This document shows positions 15,159 to 25,947 of a stretch of DNA of 35,103 bases, in pieces. Source of the DNA: Dehalococcoidales bacterium (GTDB lineage Bacteria > Chloroflexota > Dehalococcoidia > Dehalococcoidales > UBA5627); the NCBI GenBank assembly GCA_012520835.1, contig JAAYNN010000001.1, positions 1 to 35,103 on the forward strand, in the 5' to 3' direction. The translations under genes were made by a program, and so were the position numbers. Under the pieces are notes generated by a model that did no database searches, was not told the origin of the DNA, and saw nothing but the letters and a program-made list of their open reading frames with translations. Each line of letters opens with the position of its first letter. Position 1 is the stretch's first letter.

Positions 15159-17404
15159 TAAATATTGAGTTTGGCTTCGGCCTTGGCGATTATCTCGCGG
15201 GTGGTGCCGATCATATCGGGGCTGACCGAAACGGAAGTGATGCCCCAGGAAACCAGTTTTTCGGTCAGTTCCGGATATACCGAAGGCGCCTGTCCGCAGA
15301 TGGAGGCAGTAACGCCCATGCTCCTGGCAACGGTAATGGCTCTTTCCAGGGCTATCATAACAGCTTCATTGCGTTCATCGAAGGTGGAGGCCAGCTTGGC
15401 ACTGTCCCTGTCGATACCCAGTATCAACTGCGTCAGGTCGTTGCTGCCGATAGAGATGCCGTCGATGCCGACGCTCAAAAATTTCTCGATTAAGAAAATA
15501 TTGGAAGGCACTTCCACCATCATCCAGAGCTTAAAATCCTCGCTGCGTACCAGCCCTTCATTTTCGAGGATGGCCTTGGTGCGCTTCAGTTCGTCGATTG
15601 TCCTGACGAAGGGAATCATGACATGCAGGTTCTTGTAATCCCTTCTGACACGCTTGATGGCTTCGATTTCCAGTTTAAAGGATTCGATATCGGTAACATA
15701 TCTGGAAGCGCCGCGGTAGCCGATCATCGGATTTTCTTCCGTCTCCTCGAAGTCACGGCCCCCGATGAGGTCTTTGTATTCGTTGGTTTTAAAGTCGGTA
15801 GTTCTGTAGACTACGGGGCGGGGATAGAAAGCCTTGGCAAAAGAAATCAACCCGTTATAGAGTTTGTCTACGAACTCGTTGCCTTTATTCTGCTTTAACA
15901 TGTAGAGGGGATGTTCCCCGATTTGCGCTACGATAAATTCGGCTCTTAACAGACCGATGCCGTCAACATTGCGTGCGGCAATAATATCCGCCAGTTCGGG
16001 CTGTGCCAGGTTGACATAAACCTTGGTCTTGGTAGTCAGCGATTCCCTCAATAAATTCGACATCTTGGTGGTGGTCAGGCTGCGGGCGATTTTACCGCTG
16101 TAAACTTTCCCCTTGGCACCATCGACCGTAATTATTTTTTTATCAATCAGCGTGGTAGTAGCCTGGTCGGTACCCACGACGCAGGGGATGCCCAGTTCGC
16201 GACTGACAATAGCGGCATGAGCGGTTCTTCCGCCCCTGTCGGTAACAATAGCGGCTGCTTTTTTCATGGCCGGAACAAAATCGGGAGTGGTCATTTCAGT
16301 GACCAGGATATCTCCCTGGTGTACTCTGTCCAGTTGAGAGGCTTCATGGATGATTTTCACCGGACCGGATGCCAGACCGGGGCTGGCGGCCACACCGCTC
16401 AAAAGCACCGGGGCGTTGATTTCCGGCTCTTCCTCCATAGCTTCTTTAATGGTGGTTACCGGGCGTGTCTGCAATATATAATACTTGCCGTTTTCTTTTG
16501 CCCATTCGATATCCTGCGGGAACTGGTAATGGTCCTCGATTTGTTTGCCGATTTTTGCCAGTTCGATAATTTCATCGTCGGAAAGTTTGGCTTTATCCTG
16601 CAGGGATTTATCTATTAATTGCCAGACATTAATGTCCTTTTTGTTGTTGCTGGTATTTCTGGTCAGCTGATTCTTTTGACGGCTGATTCTCCTGGAAATA
16701 ATAGAGAGCTTTTCTTTGTCTACTATATATAAATCAGGAGTTACCTCTCCCGAGACTAACCCCTCGCCTAAACCGTATATGGCTTCGATGACAATTTCTC
16801 TGGTATTGCTGGTCACCGGTTCAACGGTGAACATCACTCCCGAAGTAACCGAGGCTATCATTCTCTGTACGGGAACGGCTATGCCTACTTTAAAATGGTC
16901 GAACCCCTGCTGTGCCCGGTAGTAAATGGCGCGCGGTTCGAATAAGGACGCCCAACATCTTAATACGGCATTGGCAACTTCATCAGGGCCTTCGATATTA
17001 AGATAGGTGCTTTGCTGTCCGGCAAACGACGCTTCCGGGAGGTCTTCGGCGGTGGCGGATGACCGCACGGCCACCAGTCCCCCGCCTAATTTTTTGTATG
17101 CTTCCTTGATTTTTTCAGCCAGCTCGGGCATGATGGCGGAATCTAAAAACATCTGCTTGATTACTGAAGATACTCTCTGGAGTTGTTTGGTATCTTCTAT
17201 ATCCAATGATTCAAGGAGCGTTTGGATTTCGCCGATGATATCGGATTTTTTCAGGAAGTCGAAGTAGGCATCTACCGAAACAACAAAACCCGGGGGAACC
17301 GGGATGTTGGCTTTTGTCATTTCACCAAGATTGGCCCCTTTTCCACCTACGATAGGGACATCTTCTTTGGAAATGTCTTTAAACCAAATAATCGCTTCAG
17401 GCAT
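15158..17404 (-). CDS. ppsA: phosphoenolpyruvate synthase (pyruvate, water dikinase)
   Basis: I use the ATG at 17404 (MPEAIIWFKDISKEDVPIVGGKGANLGEM), which has AAGGAGAG 8 nt upstream, rather than the ORF-track start at 17521. Phospho-His motif DRGGRTAHAAIVSRELGIPCVVG. C-terminal PEP-utilizer barrel with GISIGSNDLTQL and ICGQAPS. Confidence 0.92.
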   Translation of the reverse strand: MPEAIIWFKDISKEDVPIVGGKGANLGEMTKANIPVPPGFVVSVDAYFDFLKKSDIIGEIQTLLESLDIEDTKQLQRVSSVIKQMFLDSAIMPELAEKIKEAYKKLGGGLVAVRSSATAEDLPEASFAGQQSTYLNIEGPDEVANAVLRCWASLFEPRAIYYRAQQGFDHFKVGIAVPVQRMIASVTSGVMFTVEPVTSNTREIVIEAIYGLGEGLVSGEVTPDLYIVDKEKLSIISRRISRQKNQLTRNTSNNKKDINVWQLIDKSLQDKAKLSDDEIIELAKIGKQIEDHYQFPQDIEWAKENGKYYILQTRPVTTIKEAMEEEPEINAPVLLSGVAASPGLASGPVKIIHEASQLDRVHQGDILVTEMTTPDFVPAMKKAAAIVTDRGGRTAHAAIVSRELGIPCVVGTDQATTTLIDKKIITVDGAKGKVYSGKIARSLTTTKMSNLLRESLTTKTKVYVNLAQPELADIIAARNVDGIGLLRAEFIVAQIGEHPLYMLKQNKGNEFVDKLYNGLISFAKAFYPRPVVYRTTDFKTNEYKDLIGGRDFEETEENPMIGYRGASRYVTDIESFKLEIEAIKRVRRDYKNLHVMIPFVRTIDELKRTKAILENEGLVRSEDFKLWMMVEVPSNIFLIEKFLSVGIDGISIGSNDLTQLILGIDRDSAKLASTFDERNEAVMIALERAITVARSMGVTASICGQAPSVYPELTEKLVSWGITSVSVSPDMIGTTREIIAKAEAKLNI

Positions 17405-17447
17405 AATAAAGCTCTCCTTATAACGAAAGTTTAGATAAAGTTTCATT

Positions 17448-17456
17448 ATTATACCA
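17448..17456 (-). promoter_or_regulatory. candidate extended -10 promoter element for ppsA (TGgTATAAT)
   Basis: The minus strand reads TGGTATAAT (17456-17448), about 44 nt upstream of the ppsA ATG. Only a weak -35 (TTGCAG, 19-nt spacer) is present. Confidence 0.4.
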
Positions 17457-17501
17457 CAATGACAGTATCGCCCTGCAAGCCAGTCGTACTGCGTAAATTT
17501 C

Positions 17502-17531
17502 TTGACAGTTTCGGAAAACAAGCGGTAGAAT
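17502..17531 (+). promoter_or_regulatory. candidate promoter for the DUF151 gene (TTGACA-18 nt-TAGAAT)
   Basis: Consensus -35 TTGACA at 17502-17507 and -10 TAGAAT at 17526-17531, about 37 nt upstream of the ATG at 17568. Confidence 0.5.
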
Positions 17532-17567
17532 AAGCGGGACTGACGGTTGAACAGGAGGGGGTGTTTT

Positions 17568-18140
17568 ATGGTAGAGATGACGATTGATAGCGTGCGAATC
17601 GGTTTGATGAATCGGCAAATGGAGTATCAGTATGTAGTCCTTCTGAAAGAAAAAAATGCCGAGAGATTTTTACCCATTTTCATTGGTCCGGCTGAAGCCA
17701 AAGCCATACTTATCAAACTCAAGGGCGAGAGTGTTCCCAGACCGCTTACACATGACTTATTACAGAAATTAATAGTAACACTGGGTATCGCCGTAGATTC
17801 CGTTATTATAAATGACCTCAAGAGCGATATATTTTTCGCTAAAATTATTATAAATATCGATGGCAGGCAGGAAGAGATCGATTCGCGTCCAAGCGATGCG
17901 CTGGCGCTGGCAATAAGAATGGAAACACCCATATTCGCCGATGAATCTGTGTTAGAGAAGGCCGGGATACCTCTTGACCAGGATAAAGAGACCGGTGAAA
18001 CTATCCTGCCAAAAGAAGAATTCAACGATGTAGAAAGCAAGGGCGGAAAGGTCAGCGAAGAGGAAATGAAGCGGCTATCAGCTTTCCGTGAATTTATCGA
18101 TAACCTTGATATGGATGATTTTGGCAAACATAAATCTTAA
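17568..18140 (+). CDS. bifunctional nuclease (BFN/DUF151) family protein
   Basis: ATG at 17568 follows AGGAGGGGG, whereas the ORF-track TTG at 17547 lacks an RBS. LPIFIGPAEAKAILIKLKGESVPRPLTHDLL and IDSRPSDALALAIRMETPIFADESVLEKAG match the DUF151 pattern. Acidic C-terminal tail. Confidence 0.8.
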   Translation: MVEMTIDSVRIGLMNRQMEYQYVVLLKEKNAERFLPIFIGPAEAKAILIKLKGESVPRPLTHDLLQKLIVTLGIAVDSVIINDLKSDIFFAKIIINIDGRQEEIDSRPSDALALAIRMETPIFADESVLEKAGIPLDQDKETGETILPKEEFNDVESKGGKVSEEEMKRLSAFREFIDNLDMDDFGKHKS

Positions 18141-18162
18141 AATATAAAAAATCTTTGGAATT

Positions 18163-18195
18163 AAAGCCCCGGGATTTTATTTCGGGGCTTATTTA
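18163..18195 (+). terminator. rho-independent terminator after the DUF151 gene
   Basis: The 8-bp stem AAGCCCCG (18164-18171) / CGGGGCTT (18183-18190) is followed by a T-rich ATTTA tail. The U-tract is weak. Confidence 0.55.
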
Positions 18196-18274
18196 CGCCT
18201 TTCTATGCCTGAGAACACACATATATACTATGTAGGTCATTTGTAAAAAAACAGAACCCTTAATTTTATTTGGC

Positions 18275-18304
18275 TTGACTTAAGCCATTGTTTTTTGGTA
18301 TGCT
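18275..18304 (+). promoter_or_regulatory. candidate atp operon promoter (TTGACT-18 nt-TGgTATGCT)
   Basis: -35 TTGACT at 18275-18280 and -10 TATGCT at 18299-18304 with an extended TG at 18296-18297, about 28 nt upstream of atpZ. Confidence 0.5.
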
Positions 18305-18331
18305 CTTTTTCAGGTTATTTAAGGTGGCGGG

Positions 18332-18556
18332 ATGCAGAAATGGCAAACAGCCATTAGATTTATCGGGGTGGGGTGGCTCATTGCGCTGTCCATAGCGTGT
18401 GGAACGCTTGGCGGTTTATGGCTTGATAGCAAATTTGATACCAAGCCTGTTTTTATAATAACCGGTTTGTTCATAGGAATGATCGTTGCTTTTTATGGTA
18501 TTTACAGAATGATTATACCCCTTATGAAAAACAATAAAGACAAGGAGAACAGCTAG
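18332..18556 (+). CDS. atpZ: AtpZ/AtpI-family small membrane protein of the ATP synthase operon
   Basis: 74 aa with two TM helices (IGVGWLIALSIACGTLGGLWLD and VFIITGLFIGMIVAFYGIY). It is the first gene of the atp operon, and its TAG stop overlaps the atpB GTG (TAGTG). Confidence 0.7.
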   Translation: MQKWQTAIRFIGVGWLIALSIACGTLGGLWLDSKFDTKPVFIITGLFIGMIVAFYGIYRMIIPLMKNNKDKENS

Positions 18557-19512
18557 TGGCAAAAAAGAAAGGCTGTTTGGGTTGTTCTTTCCCCGTAGCG
18601 ATTGTAGTTGTACTGGTTATTTTAGCCATCGGTGTCGTCAGTCTTCTGAGTGGTGCTTTCGGTAGTTCATTGTTTGGCGATTTAGGGCTTCCCGAATGGC
18701 TTTCTGTTTCCGTTCCTCATCCCGAGCTTCCGGCAGCCACCATATTCCATATAGGGAGCATTCCTATTACCAATACGATGATAACGGCATGGATTACCAT
18801 TATTGTACTGGTGGCTTTCTTCTATTTCGGTACCAGAAATATGAAACTCATTCCCGGCCGTTATCAGATGATTATCGAATCTGTTATCGGGTATATCCTC
18901 GGCCTGTGCCAGGATATCGCCGGTGAGAAATACGGGCGCAAGTTCTTCGCCATTGTAGCCACCATTTTCCTGTTCGTTATTACCAATGCCTGGATAAGCC
19001 TGATTCCGGGTATCGGTTCAATTATAGTACACACCGCCGAGGGAGAGGCGGAACTCTTCCGCGGCGTAAATACCGATATCAACTTCCCGCTGGCGCTGGC
19101 GCTGGTTTCATTTGTGTTTGTCGAATACTGGGGAATCAAGACGCTCGGGATAAAATATTTCACCAAGTTCTTGAATACGCGTAAATTGACATCTTCAATC
19201 TGTAAATTATTCAAAGGTGATATAAAGGGCGGGCTGTCAGGCATCTTTTACGGCATTATCGATATCTTCATCGGGTTAATCGAACTTTTAAGCGAACTGA
19301 TGCGTATTATCAGTTTTACTTTCCGTCTTTTCGGCAATATGACCGGCGGCGAAATATTAATGCTTATGATGGTCTTCCTGGCTCCGTTCCTGCTGGCCAT
19401 TCCGTTCTACGGGCTGGAGCTTCTGGTGGGCTTTATCCAGGCGCTGGTATTCTCCAGCCTGACGCTGGTATTTGCCAATATTGCGGTTAACCCGGCGCAT
19501 GCGGAAGAATAA
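18556..19512 (+). CDS. atpB: F0F1 ATP synthase subunit a
   Basis: 318 aa polytopic membrane protein with the conserved stator Arg motif FTFRLFGNMTGGE. GTG start with AAGGAGA 8 nt upstream. Longer than the usual subunit a (extra N-terminal TM segment and an internal insert). Confidence 0.92.
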   Translation: MAKKKGCLGCSFPVAIVVVLVILAIGVVSLLSGAFGSSLFGDLGLPEWLSVSVPHPELPAATIFHIGSIPITNTMITAWITIIVLVAFFYFGTRNMKLIPGRYQMIIESVIGYILGLCQDIAGEKYGRKFFAIVATIFLFVITNAWISLIPGIGSIIVHTAEGEAELFRGVNTDINFPLALALVSFVFVEYWGIKTLGIKYFTKFLNTRKLTSSICKLFKGDIKGGLSGIFYGIIDIFIGLIELLSELMRIISFTFRLFGNMTGGEILMLMMVFLAPFLLAIPFYGLELLVGFIQALVFSSLTLVFANIAVNPAHAEE

Positions 19513-19576
19513 ACTACGGTTGTAATTAAAATAACGATATTACTAAAAACGAGTTAAAAACGAGGAGGCATTAATT

Positions 19577-19807
19577 ATGGATGCAGAAGCAATGAAAATG
19601 TTAGCGGCAGGTATAAGTATGGGGTTCGGCGCCTTTGGTCCCGGTATCGGTATCGGTATACTTGGTTATGGCGCTGTGCAGGCGGTAGCCAGAAATCCTG
19701 AAGCCAGAGGCCAGATCTTTACAAATATGATTTTTGCAATAGCTCTTGCCGAAGCGGTTGCTATTTATGCCTTGGTTGTATCTATTATTCTGCTGTTCGT
19801 AGTATAG
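19577..19807 (+). CDS. atpE: F0F1 ATP synthase subunit c
   Basis: 76 aa hairpin. GxGxGxG helix 1 (GFGAFGPGIGIGILG), loop ARNPE, carboxylate Glu in ALAEAVAIYALV. GAGGAGG RBS. Confidence 0.95.
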   Translation: MDAEAMKMLAAGISMGFGAFGPGIGIGILGYGAVQAVARNPEARGQIFTNMIFAIALAEAVAIYALVVSIILLFVV

Positions 19808-19832
19808 TCCCGTATAAAGGGAGGAGGTCTCA

Positions 19833-20333
19833 GTGGAAGGATTAGGTATACATTTATCTTCTTTAATAGCGCAGGTGTTCAACTTCGGGCTGCTCCTGCT
19901 GCTGCTCTATATGTTTGCATATAAACCTGTTATCAAAATGCTCGACCAGCGCGCTGCCAAAATCAAGGAAAGCGTCGACCAGACCGAGCAGATTAAGCAA
20001 CAGGCGGAGTTGGCAGAAAAAGAAACAGCCAGGATAATCGCTGAAGCCAGTAAAGAAGGACAAAAAATAATAGAACAGGCTACACAAATCGGCGAAGAAA
20101 CTAAACAAAAGGCGAAACAGGATGCGAAATTGGAAGCTGAGAGAATCATAGCCAAAGCGAAGCTTGAAATCGAGAGAGAGCGCGATGATGCTATCGGTGA
20201 ACTCAGAAATGCTTTTGCCGACCTGACCGTAATGGCAGCCGGTAAAGTGATTAACCGCTCGCTGGATAAGGAACAGCATCGCCAGTTGATCGATAAAGTG
20301 CTTGAAGAAAGCAATGTCCTTAGTAAAAATTAG
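19833..20333 (+). CDS. atpF: F0F1 ATP synthase subunit b
   Basis: 166 aa. One N-terminal TM helix, then a long charged helix (LDQRAAKIKESVDQTEQIKQQAELAEKE...). GTG start after GGGAGGAGG. Confidence 0.9.
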   Translation: MEGLGIHLSSLIAQVFNFGLLLLLLYMFAYKPVIKMLDQRAAKIKESVDQTEQIKQQAELAEKETARIIAEASKEGQKIIEQATQIGEETKQKAKQDAKLEAERIIAKAKLEIERERDDAIGELRNAFADLTVMAAGKVINRSLDKEQHRQLIDKVLEESNVLSKN

Positions 20334-20356
20334 TTTGGTTTAGTTGTGGAGTTATT

Positions 20357-20887
20357 GTGGCAAAGAAATTTTCTGCCAGGAGATATGCGCAGGCGCTGTT
20401 TGCTGTTGCGCAGAAAAAAAATAAAGCGGACGGGATGCTGGTTGAGTTGCAGGATATCGAGCAGCTTAACCGGGATAAAGCCGTCGCCGCTTATTTAGGT
20501 AATCCGGCTATCAGTTTTAAGGAAAAAGAGTCGGTATTGTCTGGCAAGTTGTCAGACATCGATCCGGCAGTGGTTAACCTTGTTTATCTGATGCTGGCAA
20601 ACGGCAGGATAAACATGCTCGGTGCGGTGGCTGACGAATACAGGAAAATGGTAGACGACAGCAAGGGAATTGAAAGAGCCGAGGTTATTACCGCAGTTCC
20701 TTTAGACGATGATGCCAGGCAAAAAATCAGCACCCGCCTGGGTGATATGCTGAGAAAGAAAGTGGTAATCGAGCCGGAGAGCGTAAACCCCGAATTACTG
20801 GGAGGGGTCGTAGTAAAGGTTAGCGGCAAATTGCTCGATGGCAGCACGCGTAGTGCACTAAACATATTGAAAAAAGAAATCAGATAG
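20357..20887 (+). CDS. atpH: F0F1 ATP synthase subunit delta (OSCP)
   Basis: 176 aa. ARRYAQALFAVAQ N-terminus and GGVVVKVSGKLLDGSTRSALNILKKEI C-terminus are typical of delta. Supported by operon position. Confidence 0.9.
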   Translation: MAKKFSARRYAQALFAVAQKKNKADGMLVELQDIEQLNRDKAVAAYLGNPAISFKEKESVLSGKLSDIDPAVVNLVYLMLANGRINMLGAVADEYRKMVDDSKGIERAEVITAVPLDDDARQKISTRLGDMLRKKVVIEPESVNPELLGGVVVKVSGKLLDGSTRSALNILKKEIR

Positions 20888-20926
20888 ATTTTATAACTAC
20901 CAAGTTGTACACAGGAGGTGGGTATT

Positions 20927-22438
20927 TTGGCTAAAGGACAGGAAATAGTCTCCATTATCAAGCAACAGATAGAGCAATTCGGAACCCAGATAAACCTGGT
21001 GGATGTGGGAACGGTTATCGAGGTCGGTGACGGTATCGCCAGGATTTACGGGTTAGCCGGTGTTCAATATAATGAAATGCTTCAATTCCCCGGTGATGTA
21101 ATGGGAATCGCTCTCAACCTTGAAGAGGATAGCGTCGCCGCTATTTTGCTGGGTGAAGCCGGCAATATCAAGGAAGGCGATGAAGTCCGTGCCACCGGTA
21201 GAATTGCCGAAGTCCCGGTCGGTGAAGCCTTAATAGGAAGGGTCGTTGACCCGCTGGGCAGGCCGCTGGATGGCAAAGGTCCCATTAAAGCTGAACGTAC
21301 CCGTCCCCTCGAAAGAATTGCTCCCAACGTTGTTTCACGTAAATCGGTTAACACCCCTGTACAGACAGGCATCAAGGCTATCGACAGCATGATTCCCATT
21401 GGTCGCGGCCAGAGAGAACTCATCATCGGCGACCGCTCTACCGGTAAAACGGCTATTGCACTGGATACCATCGTCAACCAGAAGAACGGTAATTTACTTT
21501 GTATCTATGTTGCCATCGGCCAAAAGGCAGCCAAGGTGGCGCAGGTTGTTGCCAATCTGGAAGCACATGGCGCAATGGAACACACTATCGTGGTTGCCGC
21601 TAATGCCTCCGAATCGGTTGCCCTGCAGTATCTGGCTCCCTACGCCGGCTGTGCTATCGGTGAAGAGTTCATGGAAAACGGAAAAGATGCCTTGGTTGTA
21701 TACGATGACCTTTCCAAGCATGGGTGGGCCTATCGCCAGATGTCTCTGCTGCTGCGCAGACCGCCCGGTCGAGAAGCTTATCCCGGCGATGTATTCTATC
21801 TGCACAGCCGTTTGCTTGAAAGAGCTGCCAGGCTGAACGATGAACACGGCGGAGGTTCTCTTACCGCACTGCCTATTATCGAAACCCAGGCCGGGGATGT
21901 ATCGGCTTATATTCCGACCAACGTTATTTCGATTACGGATGGACAGATTTATCTTGAACCCGATCTCTTCAACGCCGGCATCAAGCCTGCTCTGAATATC
22001 GGTATCTCGGTATCCCGTGTCGGCAGTTCGGCACAAACTAAAGCCATGAAGAAGGTTGCCGCCAAATTGAAACTGGCCATGGCGCAGTACAGGGAACTGG
22101 CTGCTTTTGCCCAGTTTGGTACCTCCGAACTGGATAAAGCAACCAAGTTACAGATCGACAGAGGCAAGAGAATCGAGGAAGTACTGAAACAATTGCAGTT
22201 TACACCTATGCCGTTAGAGAATCAGGTTATTATACTTTTTGCCGTCATCAACGGTTATATCGATGACCTGCCTGTAGACAAGGTCAGGGAATTTGAAAGC
22301 AAACTGCTTGCTTCCATAAGAACAACAAATGCCGAACTGGTAAATAAATTAGCGAAAGAAAAGGACTTCGACGACAAGATGGAATCCGAGATGAAAGATG
22401 CTATTACGGATTTCAAGAAAAGCTTCATGTATGTCTAG
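20927..22438 (+). CDS. atpA: F0F1 ATP synthase subunit alpha
   Basis: Walker [14 protein letters not shown], plus [42 protein letters not shown]. The ORF-track GTG at 20918 overlaps the AGGAGG RBS (20913-20918), so I prefer the in-frame TTG at 20927. Either start is possible. Confidence 0.96.
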   Translation: MAKGQEIVSIIKQQIEQFGTQINLVDVGTVIEVGDGIARIYGLAGVQYNEMLQFPGDVMGIALNLEEDSVAAILLGEAGNIKEGDEVRATGRIAEVPVGEALIGRVVDPLGRPLDGKGPIKAERTRPLERIAPNVVSRKSVNTPVQTGIKAIDSMIPIGRGQRELIIGDRSTGKTAIALDTIVNQKNGNLLCIYVAIGQKAAKVAQVVANLEAHGAMEHTIVVAANASESVALQYLAPYAGCAIGEEFMENGKDALVVYDDLSKHGWAYRQMSLLLRRPPGREAYPGDVFYLHSRLLERAARLNDEHGGGSLTALPIIETQAGDVSAYIPTNVISITDGQIYLEPDLFNAGIKPALNIGISVSRVGSSAQTKAMKKVAAKLKLAMAQYRELAAFAQFGTSELDKATKLQIDRGKRIEEVLKQLQFTPMPLENQVIILFAVINGYIDDLPVDKVREFESKLLASIRTTNAELVNKLAKEKDFDDKMESEMKDAITDFKKSFMYV

Positions 22439-22446
22439 GAGCGTAA

Positions 22447-23304
22447 ATGGCTAATATACGATTAATCAAGCGCCGTATTAAAGGTGTAAAGAGCATTGCC
22501 AAGATTACCAAGGCAATGGAGATGATTGCAGCCTCAAAGATGAGGAAAGCGCAGGAACGTGGACTGGCCGGTCGCCCATACTCTGAGAAAATAACCCAGG
22601 TTATTTCCAACCTGATGGCTGTTTCGAGCGGTCAGCCGTTGCATCCCTGCCTGACTGCCAGGGATGATATAAAGAAGATTACCATTATTCATATAACGCC
22701 CGACAGGGGTCTGGCCGGCGGTCTGGTTGGTAACATCAATCGTATGACTGCCAGATTTATACTCGAAAAAAATGTTAATACGGGAATCATTGCCGTAGGT
22801 AGAAAAGGTCTCGACTTTTTAAGAAGAACCGGACGAAAAATTGAAGCTGAGTTTACAGGTCTCGGCGACTACCCCGATTTATTATCTACCTTGCCGATTT
22901 CACACATCGTTCTCGATGAATATCCGAAAGGCGAAACCGATGAGGTATATATAGCATATACAAAGTTTATCAATACTATGGCTCAGGAAGCGGTGATTGA
23001 AAAGTTATTACCGGTAGAGCCTGCTGAAATACCTGCCGCCGAAAATGTGGAATATATTTATGAACCCGATTCTTCTGCTGTACTGGACGGGCTTATTCCG
23101 CGTTTTGTGGAAATGCAGGTCTACCATGCAATTTTGGAATCGATTGCCAGTGAACAATCTGCCAGAATGGTTGCCATGCGCAATGCCACGCAAAACGCCA
23201 AGGATCTGGTCGATGATTTAACACTGGTTTACAATAAAGCAAGACAAGAAATGATAACCAATGAGTTGCTCGATATTACCGGTGGAACTGCAGCTCTTGA
23301 GTAG
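22447..23304 (+). CDS. atpG: F0F1 ATP synthase subunit gamma
   Basis: 285 aa. N-terminal IKRRIKGVKSIAKITKAMEMIAASKMRKAQ and C-terminal ARMVAMRNATQNAKDLVDDLTLVYNKARQEMITNELLDI. Confidence 0.95.
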   Translation: MANIRLIKRRIKGVKSIAKITKAMEMIAASKMRKAQERGLAGRPYSEKITQVISNLMAVSSGQPLHPCLTARDDIKKITIIHITPDRGLAGGLVGNINRMTARFILEKNVNTGIIAVGRKGLDFLRRTGRKIEAEFTGLGDYPDLLSTLPISHIVLDEYPKGETDEVYIAYTKFINTMAQEAVIEKLLPVEPAEIPAAENVEYIYEPDSSAVLDGLIPRFVEMQVYHAILESIASEQSARMVAMRNATQNAKDLVDDLTLVYNKARQEMITNELLDITGGTAALE

Positions 23305-24705
<1,401 letters not shown>

Positions 24706-24727
24706 TAGATAGAAGCGGGGGCTTATA

Positions 24728-25153
24728 ATGGCGACAATTAAACTGGATATAGTAACAGCAGAGCGCTTGGTTTATTCCGATGAAGTTGATATTGTAATTG
24801 CACCGGGAATCGATGGTGAACTGGGTATTTTACCGAGGCACACCCCTTTAATGACCATGCTGCAGCCCGGCGAGTTGATTGCCCGTAAAGGGAATGAGGA
24901 ATATTCACTGGCCATATCAGGCGGTTTTTTGGAAGTGCGCCCCGACAGGGTGATTGTACTGGCAGATTCCGCTGAAAGAGCCGAAGAAATCGATATCGCC
25001 AGAGCTGAAGAGGCTAAGAAGCGCGCCGAGAAATTGATGTCCGAAAAATATGCTCCGGGTGTCGATGCCGGTAGCGTGGAAGCTGCTTTACGCCGCTCGA
25101 TGGTAAGAATAAAAGTGGCCGAGAGGCGCAAGAAGAAGGCTCCGCGTATTTAG
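24728..25153 (+). CDS. atpC: F0F1 ATP synthase subunit epsilon
   Basis: 141 aa. [38 protein letters not shown] beta-sandwich, then a helical C-terminus. Last gene of the operon. Confidence 0.93.
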   Translation: MATIKLDIVTAERLVYSDEVDIVIAPGIDGELGILPRHTPLMTMLQPGELIARKGNEEYSLAISGGFLEVRPDRVIVLADSAERAEEIDIARAEEAKKRAEKLMSEKYAPGVDAGSVEAALRRSMVRIKVAERRKKKAPRI

Positions 25154-25183
25154 CAGTCAGTAATAAAAATATTTTGTGCAACG

Positions 25184-25215
25184 AAAAAGGATGGGTTTTA
25201 TCCCATCCTTTTTTT
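25184..25215 (+). terminator. rho-independent terminator after atpC (bidirectional form; may also serve the convergent KH/rpsP unit)
   Basis: AAAAA-GGATGGG (25189-25195), loop TTTTAT, CCCATCC (25202-25208), then TTTTTTT (25209-25215). The A-run upstream gives a U-tract on the opposite strand as well. Confidence 0.7.
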
Positions 25216-25321
25216 ATCCTGTTTATTTAACTTATGAAAGAAGGAATATTATTATAAAATTCCCCATCAACTCGGTATAAGTCTAAAATATAAAGGATTG
25301 TTTTTGTTAAAGAAAATAGAT

Positions 25322-25549
25322 CTAAATTATATCAAGGGTAGCTCGAGTTCCGGCTTTAGCAGCTTTTACTCTGATTAAGGTTCTTATAGCCTGAGCTATT
25401 CTGCCTTGTTTTCCGATTATTCTCCCTTTATCTTCGTCCGCAACCTGTAATTTGAGAGTAATCCCTTCCTCTCCTTCTTCCTGAGTTACAACCACAGCAT
25501 CCGGGGAGTTAACGAGCGATTTTGCGATGTATTCTACCAGTTCCTTCAT
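25322..25549 (-). CDS. KH-domain RNA-binding protein (YlqC/UPF0109 family)
   Basis: 75 aa. LVEYIAKSLVNSPDAVVV...LKLQVADEDKGRIIGKQGRIAQAIRTLI contains the GxxG KH motif. ATGA overlap with the rpsP stop, and the conserved position after rpsP. Confidence 0.85.
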   Translation of the reverse strand: MKELVEYIAKSLVNSPDAVVVTQEEGEEGITLKLQVADEDKGRIIGKQGRIAQAIRTLIRVKAAKAGTRATLDII

Positions 25550-25815
25550 GATTTCTCCTTTGTCGCCTTAAACTTATCTAAAATCCCTGCTTTTTTAAGC
25601 AGACGACTGACGGTAACTGTGGGTTGGGCACCCTGACCTAACCATTTAAGAGCTTCCTGCTCATTAATATTGATTGTTTCCGGATTTGTCATCGGGTCAT
25701 ACTGGCCGATAATCGAAATAAAGGCGCCGTTTCTGGCCGCACGCGAATCGGTAATAACGACACGATATGCCGGTTTTTTAGGGGAACCTATGCGTCTTAA
25801 TCTGATTTTTACCAT
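25546..25815 (-). CDS. rpsP: 30S ribosomal protein S16
   Basis: 89 aa. MVKIRLRRIGSPKKPAYRVVITDSRAARNGAFISIIGQYDP is the canonical S16 N-terminus. Confidence 0.95.
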   Translation of the reverse strand: MVKIRLRRIGSPKKPAYRVVITDSRAARNGAFISIIGQYDPMTNPETININEQEALKWLGQGAQPTVTVSRLLKKAGILDKFKATKEKS

Positions 25816-25849
25816 TTTATAAAATTCTTTCCTACCTTACTTTCGTGAT

Positions 25850-25879
25850 ATTATGCAACAAAAGGCAGTCGTCTGTCAA
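25850..25879 (-). promoter_or_regulatory. candidate rpsP promoter (TTGACA-18 nt-CATAAT)
   Basis: Minus strand: consensus -35 TTGACA at 25879-25874 and -10 CATAAT at 25855-25850, about 35 nt upstream of the rpsP ATG. Confidence 0.45.
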
Positions 25880-25947
25880 CAGTATCTATATATAAATTAT
25901 GAATAAATCGTTTGTCAACGCCTTTCGCAGAATATATAATTGAATCC

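Noticed and set aside
17405-17521. An N-terminal 39-aa extension of ppsA from the ORF-track start at 17521
   Set aside because: The extension (MFSETVKKFTQYDWLAGRYCHCGIIMKLYLNFRYKESFI) is not PpsA-like and would cover the promoter region. The ATG at 17404 has a strong AAGGAGAG RBS and gives the canonical N-terminus.
19577-19807. A Na+-translocating c-ring
   Set aside because: The residue after the carboxylate Glu is Ala (ALAEAVAIY), not Ser/Thr, and no helix-1 Gln is in the expected context. This is consistent with an ordinary H+-coupled enzyme.
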